DNA from: Anthoceros angustus
Taxonomy: Eukaryota > Plantae > Anthocerotophyta
Direction of reading: 5' to 3'
Length of the DNA: 64,000 bases
Assembly (NCBI GenBank): GCA_010909165.1
Contig: VJWM01000296.1
Coordinates: 52,379 to 116,378, forward strand
The notes beneath the pieces were generated by a model. The model ran no database searches and was not told the origin of the DNA. It worked only from the letters and a program-made list of their open reading frames with translations. A program made the position numbers and the translations under genes. Shown piece after piece: positions 21,640-32,564 of the stretch (the stretch's first letter is position 1; the number at the start of each line of letters is the position of its first letter).

Positions 21640-22546
21640 TTTAGCTTTTCCAATGATTTCTTGTTGCAAACAAGTATGGAGAGTAACAAACGATGGGGAG
21701 AGGTGTTACATAAAGCCCCAAGACCTCCAAAAGAATATTGAGGGTATTGCCTCAAGAAGATATAGATAGATTCAAGAATAAGTACCCTTTTAGTAAATCA
21801 GAAATTACAAAGTTGTACAATAAATTTCGTAAGCATTCACGGATCATAAAATCCAATAAAATTGCAGAGAGTACAACGGTAAAAATGAAGTCCATCAAAC
21901 CAGCAACATCAAAGCGAATTGTTTTACAAATCTAACACTTATGATCTTGGGAATGCAAAAGATGATAAGTGCTACAGTGGAGATATAATCAACAAAGATG
22001 ATTTGCTTCAAGTGGAGGAATTGCAAATCCTTTTGCGTCAAGAATATGTGATTTATTTAGTGAGGACATGTCGAGTTTTAACCTTGAGAAGTTTTTGAAT
22101 ATGATATCGCTTTTTCCCCACACATTGCAAATAAAAATGATATGGGCATTTGCAATATGGGATTTTGATGGAGATGATCTAATTGGCAAAGGTAATTTTA
22201 GTAGGGAGAAATGTTTTTGCACCAACTTGTTAAAACTAGTTTGAAATGAGGATAGTCATTTTCACATCGCATGCAATATGCGAGGACATTATGCATGGAA
22301 TCGATCTTGTCACATGTTCAACACCTATGGTTGTCCTTCACTTCATTTGTTGAAAAGAGTTCCTTCCTCAAGCAGGACTTGAAGAAAATGAACTTAGCAT
22401 GTTAGCGGACCAAGTAGCAAAGAAGTTGATCCGAAAATACAGGTTTAGCTTATCATGACTTCAGTGGTATTTTAACAAGAATGCCTGATTTTATTAGTAA
22501 CTTTTTGATTAATATATAAACCTAAATTTATAAAATTAAAATAATC
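21640..22546 (+). pseudogene. Tandem duplicate of the CIB-like gene with many 1-4 nt indels (pseudogene or unpolished/artefactual copy)
   Basis: Colinear with 20691-21629, including introns. It has multiple frameshifts and a damaged first exon/donor junction (tttcaggtaag becomes tttcgtaag). Confidence 0.75.
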
Positions 22547-22804
22547 AGGTACGTGCCCTAGCTTATTTCTTTGAAAACCTAGAAATAAAAGACTTCCCAC
22601 CTACAAAAAATAAATTTGAAGCACTGTATTTTCTATTGTCTAAAAGTTAAATACACCTAAGTACATATGTACCTAATAGGTAAATACTAGAAAAAGAAGC
22701 TGAATATACCTATCTATAAACCTAATAGGTAATACAAGAAAATAAAGTAGAATATACCTAAGCGTAGGATAAACACAAGAAAATGGTAGACGTAGGACTA
22801 TCTG

Positions 22805-22966
22805 TTTGCATAAAGTCAGATTTATATAGAAAAGTACTTTAATCTATGTCCGTCTATGTCTTTTGGCACTAAGGTTGTCCCCTTTTGCATAAAGCCATAT
22901 TGATAAACAAAAGTACTTTAATCTATATCCGTCAATGTCTTTTGGTACTAAAGTTGTCCCCTTTTG
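22805..22966. repeat. ~79-bp tandem repeat, 2 copies
   Basis: tttgcataaag...aaagtactttaatctatrtccgtc.atgtcttttgg.acta..gttgtcccctttt twice. Confidence 0.8.
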
Positions 22967-23137
22967 TGCTTCCCATGCTCATGCTCCCTATCTGTTAGCT
23001 TCAAGTGTCAAGCGAACTATCTCTGCTTTTCACGCTCCACAACCTAAGATGATGGTTGAGAGGCATTACCTTCAAGATTGAGTGACAACGTTTGGTGGCT
23101 GTCCTCACACCATGAATCGCGATTTGAGCAGCTGATT

Positions 23138-23360
23138 GAGCCTACCCTAACTGCCATGCTGCCTTTCTTTTGGCGTAAGTGGCCCCTTGTTTCAACAGTT
23201 ATGTGAGGAGCCTACCCTATCGACCATGTTGCCTTTCTTTGGGCATCAGTGGCATTTGGCCCCTTATTTCAACAGTTATGCGAGGAGGCTCATGCCGCGC
23301 CATCTTTGCCTTTCTTTTGGCATAAGTGGCATGTTCCTCTCATTTCAACAGTTATGTGAG
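23138..23360. repeat. Three degenerate ~70-75 bp repeats just upstream of the phytocyanin gene
   Basis: gccatg.tgcctttctttt.gg...agtggc....tttcaacagttatgygag recurs three times. Confidence 0.75.
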
Positions 23361-23460
23361 CTCATTTACATTCTTGCAACTTCCTAGCTAGCGCAAACTT
23401 TGAAGGTTTCTTCAAAGAGATTGTTCAATAGTAGTAACCTCTATTTCATGCACTAGCAAG

Positions 23461-24143
23461 ATGGACATGAAATGCCAGCTTTGTATGGGAGTATGCCTTT
23501 TGCTTGCAATCAACATTGTCCAAGGTGCAGTAGCTCCAACACAGTTTGCAGTGGGTGACGAGGATGGGTGGACTTTGCCCATTCTCGCTAATGTGAACTA
23601 CACTTCATGGGCCTCTGGTCATAAATACCATGTGGGAGACACACTATGTAAGCATTCCAATCTTCCTGACTCACAGAACATCAAACTTCCCAACCTTAAT
23701 CAACCTACATTTGGATATGTGCTATATTGTTGCTTCAACTTATTAAAATATTTCAAGTCACTTGTATGCAGTATTCACATATGTGGGAGAGATTCACAGC
23801 GTGGTGCAAGTAAGCTCACAAGAGAGTATGCGATGGTTGTAACACCAACAATGCGATTGCGACACATGGTAGTGGAAAGACAGCTATTACTCTTACCAAG
23901 CCTGGACCCTACTACTTCATTTGTGGAATACCAGGCCACTGTTCTTTGGGTCAAAAATTCACCCTTATTGCATTTCCTACCACCCAGACATCTGCCGATC
24001 CTTCGGCTAACCACAACTCCATGGATAGCTTTGGGTCTCGCAGCCCTGTAGCCCAACCTCCAGGCAATAGTGGGGTGAAACAGTTGGTATCATGGGTGAT
24101 GTTAGTTGGAGTTGTTTCTTTGTGTTCAAGTTTCCTTATTTAG
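23461..24143 (+). CDS. Phytocyanin, stellacyanin type (blue copper protein, signal peptide, probable GPI anchor); 2 exons (23461-23647, 23772-24143); one apparent frameshift near 23825
   Basis: Signal peptide, FAVGDEDGW..NYTSWASGHKYHVGDTL|LFTY..IHSVVQV..DGCN..ITLTKPGPYYFICGIPGHCSLGQKF (ligands H, C, H, axial Q), an S/P-rich linker and a hydrophobic C-terminus. Confidence 0.88.
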
Positions 24144-26162
24144 TTTTAGATTATTGCCATTAACGAATATGATAGTTATCCAAGAAAAGCACTACCTAGG
24201 TATGTACCTCCCACTTTGTTGAGAGGTATAAAAGATACTTGCAATTTGATGAAGTAAAGTAATTGGTTCTTGATAGATATGTACATTACTGTCAAAAGCG
24301 GATGTAAATTAGAGTAATTGAGCCTTTGAATTTTTCACAAGAAAAACTTAAGATGTAGAAATATATTTAGCACTTATTTATTATAATATACATCTTTTCT
24401 TTATCTTGTCAATAGCAGGTAGTATTTACAAAAGCTTCTTGCTTCAAGAAAAAATCTTCTTTTCAACTTTTATAAGCGACTTTTTGTGTTTAGTTTAACT
24501 TGCAAGGTGGATATCAATGTGTCTAACTTAAAGTGGTGTGATGCATATGTGCAAGCCGAAGTATTCAATGCATTATAGTCCTTGTACTTTTCCACCATGT
24601 TAGTACCCAAAGGTTGGAATGTTTAGATTGAATAAGTTATAATATTTAGCATTTCTTTTATTTTTACAATGATATTTATTTATAAAATTTATTTAAATAC
24701 GCTATATAAAAGTGTAAAAGTAGTTCGTTAGATTACGTAGTATGGCGGCTTTTGAATGAAAGATGGAAAAATTAATGTTAATAAAAGCAACATTTGATCT
24801 CGGACCTGTGAATTTTCTTAATTGGAACTACATGTGCCCGTGGCATTCAGCAAGCATATGCGAATCCTGGTGGTGAATTTCCTGGCCACGTCCCGCTCAT
24901 TTCATCCTCGCCGGCTACGTGTGAAGCATCCAACTGAAGCATGGGAGAAGAGTGGTACAACATGCGGAATCCTGCACCGAAGCCTATTCTGCAGGAGGTA
25001 AAGGAAATGCAAAACGATCCCAGTGATGACTACGCCAGCCTACCACTAGAGGTTAGGTTCTCCCGTGTAGCTGTGTCTGTCAAGTAAGCCAGCCGGTTGA
25101 GCATGAGAAGCCAGGGTACATATTTTCGAGTGGCACTTGGCTACTTGAGGGCCTCGGGATACGGAATTTGAGGGAATCATGGCCGGATTGAGCTCTCCCG
25201 GGGGCTTGAGCTCTGAAAACCTTTCGGGTATTAGGCTAGCAAGTTCTGGAGGATCATGGAAGGGATCATCCACCATGTACGTGTGCTTTATCCTGCTTCC
25301 AACATAAACTATGGCTACTTAGTTCTCTTCCAGTGTACAACCAAGAACATCGTGAAAACCACATAGCCTTAAAGCCTTTGCATGACCATGCTCTGTGACC
25401 TTAAGTCATAGCATAAAATGAGCCATCCCTAAAGCTGCAAGGCGGGTTTAGTGGATCCAAGCAAACGATGCTCTTGTAGGGACGGCCTTCCTCATCAACA
25501 TGAGCGTCATTAATCCACGAGTCTCAAGGCCCTCAAAATGTCATCAGCGGTCTCCCAGTTCGGTTTCAACACTTGAGAAGAAAAAAACGACCTTGATTAG
25601 CTACGAGACCACAATTTGGACATACGGTATGCTTGCCATCAAGATAGGCAATGTCTGCAGTGTAAAACTGCAACCGCATGGGCCTGAGTTAAGCACAACA
25701 AACTTCGAGTCCATCAAACACACCTGAGCATCCTTTACGCTACCACACTTGGCACAAAACAGTGAAGTGGATTGCTGGAATCCTTACCTGTTCCTGTATA
25801 CCATGTGCATCAGGGAGAGGAGATGAGATTGGGGGATGACTGGGTACCTATGGATGAACAGCAAGACCCGGAGGAGCTAGAACAACCTACTTACTGCTGA
25901 CCGAGCTGCCTACTTACTTGTGCCTCTCCACTCTCATGACAGGGCTGATATCATCCGGGCCTACAAGGCAGGAGATAGCCTGTGTTATGCATTTATTGGT
26001 GAGGTCTGTCAGGACTAGCAACTAGTTCGAGCAAGACTTGTGATGAGAATGTTGAGATGGCTGTCACTCGGATGGCAGCCACCAGATCCGTCTCCTCCTG
26101 CTCGGACACCCGACCTCCTCCGCGTCCCGCTGCGGCACTGCCGCATTTCTTGGCACACGGCA

Positions 26163-26327
26163 TGTTAGGCGATATACGAGTGTTAGGCAACATACGGACA
26201 CATATGTATACCTTGCCCGATACGATGTCTTATCGAGCCACCGCCATGGCTGTGGATATAAATGGAGAACTGCGGCAAACAGTAGTGTAAGGCAAAGTTT
26301 TTGGTACTCTTCACCGCCTCGAGCTTA
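26163..26327 (+). repeat. 5' LTR of the chromovirus
   Basis: Starts TGTTAGGCGATATACGAG and is nearly identical to 30548-30710. Confidence 0.85.
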
Positions 26328-29300
26328 GGCGGTATCGAGCCTCGTCCAGCGTTCGGGCGTGCGGGCGTGGTTGCGGGGGCGAAGGAGTTGGCCAAGGGCA
26401 TGTCGACACGCCGCAATAGGAATTTGAAGCAGCCATGGGGAGCTGGCGTGGATGCTCAGCCCTGCACTCTGCCTCAAAATGAAAGGATTGCCCGGTTGGA
26501 GCGGGCATCGAGTGAGCGGATTGCTCACCTTGAGCAAGCGTTACGGTGCCTTGCAAATCCATCGGACCCTATGTCACGGCTTCAAGGTATGGAAAGGTAA
26601 AGGGATCAAGGCGGAGAACTTGATGGGAAAGAGGAGCCGAGGCGGTGGATAGCTGGATTGATCAAGTGAAAAGGTATGTGCGCCTACGGTTGGTGCCCCC
26701 ACCTCTGCAGTAGATCGGCGGATTTTTGCGGGGGCGTCTACTTGGTGGCTCTGACCTTGAGTCAGTCGCGCAGCTTGCCGACTTCATTTAGATGAGTTTT
26801 GATAGCCCTCCGAACCACGTTTGTTCCACGGGAGGGTCGGAGGTTGCCGAGATAAATTAGTGGCGGTGCGGAGGAAGAGTGTTGTTGAATACAATCGTGA
26901 GTTTTTGGGCTGGTGATGGCCATACCGATATGAGTGAAGCGAAACACGAGACCGCTACACTCGAGGATTGAAGTTCTGATTCGCAAGAGGTGAAACTACG
27001 GATGCCGGACATTGCAGGATGCAATGACACTAGCGACGAGCAGATGCCCTTTACTACAGTGCGATGCAGGATAAGGGATGGGACCGAGGGCTACGTGGAG
27101 GACAGACTTCTAGCCCTAGTTCGGAAGCGGTGCCTATGGAGCTTGGGCGGATTCAAGAATTTCGAGGCCGATGTTTTAATTGTAACGAATGGGGGCACAA
27201 AGCTAGTGTGTGCCTCCGTGCTAGGGACAGGGCTCCGGAGGCAAGGCCACAGGCGGCAATACCACTACGGCGAGAGCAGTTGAATGAGATAGTAGCTATG
27301 GCGGTGGAGACCCAAAAGGCGGAAAACTTGTAGGCATGGCCACGAGGGGAAGCGGCCATAGCCTGAGATTAGCCCCATCCAAGGCGAAGGTGCAGGAATC
27401 TCTTACGTGTATGCAGTGTGGATGGCCGTGTTTGTGCCATCCTCGTGGTGTGGAGCAAGTTGTAATTTCATGTCAACACGGTTTGCCCGAAGCAATTTGG
27501 ACACAAGAAAAGCTAGGGTTTGTCACTTTCGCGAATGGGGAGCGATCCTTTGCCGGACGCAAAGTAAGTGTGTACCTCTTAGGATAGGACGCTTTCTGGA
27601 TTACATTCGTTGCACAATAACTCCGTTGCCAATTAATTGTGATGTAATCTTGGGGATGGAGTGGTTGGAGGAACGTAATCCTAATATTTCTGGAAGGAGA
27701 GGCGGATGCGGTAGAGCGACTGTTTTAGCTGCTCATGAGTCGCTTGGGCTGCACCACCAACAACGGATAATGAAGTTGTGGCGTTTTCAGCGATTCGAGA
27801 AGATGTTGTAGATAAGAAAGGTCTTGTGGATAGTTGATGGGTCAAGTTCGAGACCACCTTTCGGAGTTTCAAGATGTGGTTGTTCAAGGGTTGCCACCAA
27901 GGCTTCCCCTCGTGAGTGGATCATAAGATAGAGCTGACTCACTCGGGCATCAAGCCCCTATACCGTTCAGTGTATCGATTATCACCCACGGAATTGGAGG
28001 AAGCTCGATGCCAGACTGAAGCCCTTTTGCAGAAAGGATTCATCCGTCCTTCAAAGTCTCCGTATGGGGCCCCTATTCTCTTCACGGCAAAAAAGACAGG
28101 GGGACTACGTATGTGCATGGACTATAGAGGACTCAACAATATCACCAAACGAAATTGCTACCCCCTACCACGGATTGATGAGATGCTTGAGCAATTGCAA
28201 GGGGCCAAGTACTTCACGAAGTTAGATTTGGCAGCGGGTATCACCAAATCCGTATTGATGAAGACATCGAGAAGGCGACTTTTAACACGAGGGATGGGCA
28301 CTATGGTGGCTAGTCATGAGTTTTGGTTTGGTTAATGCTCCTAGCACTTTCCAAAGAATCGATGAGCGACACTATGCGTGATTTAATCGGAAAGGGGTGT
28401 TGGTTTATTTAGATGATATACTCATCTGACAAGGCGATGAGGAGCATATTACTTTACTACGAGAAGTCCTGCTTAGGTTACGGAGATGAAGCTATTCATC
28501 TGACAAGCGAAGTGTGAATTCACCTTACCGGCATAGAGTACCTTGGACACATAGTTTCAGATGGGATACAGTGGACCCTAAAAGGTATGTGTAGTACAAA
28601 ATGGCGGTGCCTAGATCATCCGGGGCGTTCAATCTTTCCTCGGCTTAGTATCTTACTACGAAATTTATAGGCGTTTTCCCATCGGCAGCTTACGGTTAAC
28701 TCAAAAGGCGCAATGTGGACATGGCGGGCTCAACAGTGAGTCATTTGAAGACCTCAAGATGCCTTAATCTACGCCTGTGCTCATCTACCGACCCGGCATT
28801 TCCTTTATAGTCACTACCGATGCTTGATGTTGCCATCGAGGCATGTTGACAAGATAGAGGTCATGGGCGACAACCTATAGCATATTTTAGTCGCAAGTTG
28901 AAAGGGGCTGAACTTAACTGGACCACCCATGAAAAGGAAACCTTGGCACAAGTCTTAGCTCTCAAGGAATGGAGGTGGTGTCTGGAGGGCACCCCATTCA
29001 TTTTAGAGACGGATCACGAGCCACTGAAATATCTTCAAACTCAAACACATTTGAGTAGGAAGCAGGCTCGCTGGCTGGAGCACTTCCAGCAATATAACTT
29101 TTCAGTTCAACATATTTCAGGTGAATAGAATCGTGTGGCGGATGCCCTGTCTCGTTTAACAACTATTACTACTGCTATTAATGTACAAGGAAAGCGGGTG
29201 ATGAGTTCCTTGCGACTTACTGCAGACCATTGCTAAGGATGCTCTGCAAGTTACGGATCTGGGCGCATGGACTCAATCGATGCGGGTCTTCTTCATTTCG

Positions 29301-30547
29301 AGGTAGGCTTTATGTTCCTCCACTACCACATGTTCGTCTTATACTATTTCGGGAGGCTCATGAGACTCCCTCTGCGGTCAGGCATTCACCGTACACTTTA
29401 CAACTTGCAGTGCAGTATTCTTGGCCGAAAATGGCGGATGATGTCACTACTTGGATCCATCTTTGTGGCATTTGTCAACGGATCAAGGCTCCCGGACTAA
29501 GGTACGGTCTTCTTCAGCCTATGCCCATTCCCTTACTTCCGTGGGAGCAAGTCACTCTTGATTTCGTAGTGGGTTTACCTTTGACCCCAGGATATGATGC
29601 AATCCTTGTGTTTACCGACAAACTTACGAGAATGATCCACTTAGCCCCACTACGGAAGCATGTTCGTGATGGATGCGGTGAGCTATACCTTCGTTATATC
29701 TGAGCTCCATGGCTTGCCTCACGGTATAGTAAGTGATCGGGACCCCGGTTTACTTCGATTTTGGCAAGCTATGCATCATGGACTACAAACTAAATTGTAT
29801 CTATCAACAAGCCACCCGGTGATGGAGCTACAGAGCGGGCTATTCAAACCATTGAAGATCTTCTTGAGCATATGTCGATACTCGGCGGGAAAAATGGGAG
29901 CAATATCTACATTTAGCGAGTTTGCTTTCAACAACTCTAAGAATGCCAAAGACAGAACAACACCCTTTTTGCTCTTTATGGATTTCATCCCGGGACCATG
30001 TTAACAATGTCTTTTCTGCTGACCCCTGACCATGGACTTCCTCAACAGCAGCTCAGTTCTTGACAAGTTCGGCAACATGTGTTTGAGGCACAAAATCGGC
30101 AGATCCTACAAACCAACCGCCATCGACGACCACATTTTCCTGGCGATCGGTGCTATTGTCTACTCGTTTTCTACCCCACTCCTTGAATGGATCCGGAAAT
30201 TGGCGATCGATGGATCGGACCTTTTCCGTATTACAGTCATCGGCCCCGCGGCCTATCGCCTCGCCCTTCCTCCTTCCTACAAGTGCCACAACGTCTTTCA
30301 CACTTCCACCTAAAGCCGTTCCTAGGCCCCTCCTTCCCGACCTCCACCGTCTTGGACTTGGAAAACCCATGTATGAAGTGGACCGCATCCTCAAACACCG
30401 CACCCGGCTGTCTTGAATATCTCGTACTCTGGCGGCTATCCTCTATCGAGGCCACACAGGAGCCGCGCCGCAACCTTTCCCATTGTGGCCCTTGCGCCTA
30501 CCATGCCTCCCGTCATTTCGGTGAAACCACTTCATCCCTGGGTGAGT

Positions 30548-30710
30548 TGTTAGGCGATATACGAGTGTTAGGCAACATACGGACACATATGTATACCTTG
30601 CCCGATACGATGTCTTGTCTGAGCCACCGCCATGGTGTGGATATAAATGGAGAACTGCACGAGCAGGTGTAAGGCAAAGTTTTTGGTACTCTTTACCGCC
30701 TACGAGCTTA
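30548..30710 (+). repeat. 3' LTR of the chromovirus
   Basis: Direct repeat of 26163-26327, following the chromodomain. Confidence 0.85.
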
Positions 30711-32564
30711 AGAGCGAAGCAACCTTTTGCAGGCGCCTGTTTGAATCGAGGATTACGGCATTGCTCACTCCTTTGTTCTAGAGGTCCATTTCTTTTCCTC
30801 TCTTCTTGGGGTGGGACATCTGGCGAAGTCCTGGATAGACCATCGACAAGTGACTAGGGGCTGCCTGCTGTTGGGGCAGCCTACCCTGGGACTCTTTTTC
30901 CCCAGTCCTTCTAGAAATTGGTCTTGATGGAAGGACTTAGTCTTGTATGGGTCCTACGGGTCATGGGTGTGGCAGGAATGCCAGGGGTTTCTTTGATACA
31001 CCCCTTCTTACCATACCTCTTCTTAGCAGCGGCAGCAGCATCGGCAGCGGCTCAATGTCTCTCCTCACGATCAAATAAAGCTTGTTGCCTTTTCTCCTCA
31101 TAATCGAGTATTATTTGTCGTTTCGTCTCTCATCCCAAGATCCCAAGGCTGCCAAAATATCTTTTTATGTTAATATACTAATATAATGCTTTGTTTCAAG
31201 CGCAGGAGAGCACTCTATAAGCTAGTAAAAATTAACGAGAGCTTCGAGGCGTAGTAGAACGCTCTTTAGAGAGTTCTACTACGCCGGGAGGCTGTCCCAT
31301 CAGGTGCCCTATGTGGAATTACAAATATTGATCTCTAGAATAAAGCATAATACTACCGGAAAAACTTTCTTCATTAACCTAACCTCCACGGTTTAAGGGC
31401 AAGCATTTCGATCAAGCATGTCATAGCCCGTTGAATAGAGATTCAGCTGGAGAACCAAAAAGTTAATCCAAAATAATTTTCACAAATTTTTTGCTTGAAA
31501 AATAACCAAAATGGCATCATTATCTTTGTTAAATACCTATTCGACATACCAACCCTGTATTTGGTATATTCTTTGAGTCTTTTCTTCATATTCCTTCATA
31601 TCTCATGTAGCTTGTACATCGAAGACGACAAAGCTCATTATGTCGTTCGCAGTTACTCCCGAAAAGAATGCTGCTGTATTTTTAGTTTTCTTTCTCGCCT
31701 TAACCCGTCTCTTCACTGCGTCTGCCTCATTGCCGTTTGTTCCTATATATTTAGACTCAGGTCGCGACATCGATAGGCCAGGTACAAGCGAGGTGCAGGC
31801 TCTGATCCTTAACACTTGCCCGACATCCGGCCATTTATCACTATTTTTAGTTTTCGTTCTCGCCTTAGCCCGTCTCTTTATTGCGTCTACCTCATCGCCG
31901 TTTATTTTTATTTATTGATTTATAGATCATTAGGCATATGCAGCTGTGAGGCTATGACACCAGAACAGGAATCAAGAACATGAATGAAGTGACATTTGGG
32001 AGAGCGTAAAAGCAAAGAAAGTAGATCAAACAAAGATCAGAAGACTAGCTTTGCTAAGGAACCTGCACTAAAAGTAGTCGCCAATCAGCTTGAAGTAAGA
32101 GATAAGTTCCCCTCTGAGTTTAGAAATACTGAGGAGTTGGCGCATATCAGAGTAAGAGCCCTGAAAAATCTGGTCCCACTTGTTGCAGGTAGCCGAGTAC
32201 TGACCAAGGATGTGTTGGCGGGTTTCCTCGAAAGACATATTTCTGACAAAATGGTGTCTAGCGATGTTGAATCGCCTGAAATAAGCCCCAATAGCCATAT
32301 GCCCAGTCCGTAACTAGGTGAGAAAGGATGAGACCTTACGATCATGAAGGCCAAGACGTTATAACACCAACGCCAAGGGGCCACCAAGGACCACTCGCTT
32401 TAGCGCAGAAGCTTTTAGTAGATGAGGCCCACTGTACATGCCACTCCTGCAAACTTGCCACATGAATCAGTTGACACGCTCTGGACACAGATAAGGTACA
32501 GTCTTCCCTGGAAATTGGAAGAAGAGTGGTTGCCTTAGCAGTAACATCTTTACACAATCGGCTT

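Larger units (their letters stand above)
26163..30710 (+). mobile_element. Ty3/Gypsy chromovirus-type LTR retrotransposon, frameshifted, with ~165-bp LTRs
   Basis: LTRs at 26163-~26327 and 30548-~30710. A degenerate tRNA-iMet PBS (ggtatcgagc) lies at 26331. Domains: gag knuckle PMELG..CFNCNEWGHKASVC, protease GASCNFMS, RT LRMCMDYRGLNNITKRNCYPLPRID and VYLDDILI, RNase H HEKETLA..ETDHEPLKYL, integrase PWEQVTLDFVVGLP, GPF motif, chromodomain YEVDRILKHR..EYLVLW..ATQEP..NL. No clear TSD. Confidence 0.92.

Noticed and set aside
24800-26160. Degenerate coding-like sequence flanking the chromovirus (also 30720-31150)
   Set aside because: Probably an older TE remnant, but no family motif was recognisable, so it is not called.
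31996-32557. Possible LINE/RNase H or gag fragment before the Copia pol
   Set aside because: No diagnostic motif could be confirmed; left unassigned.
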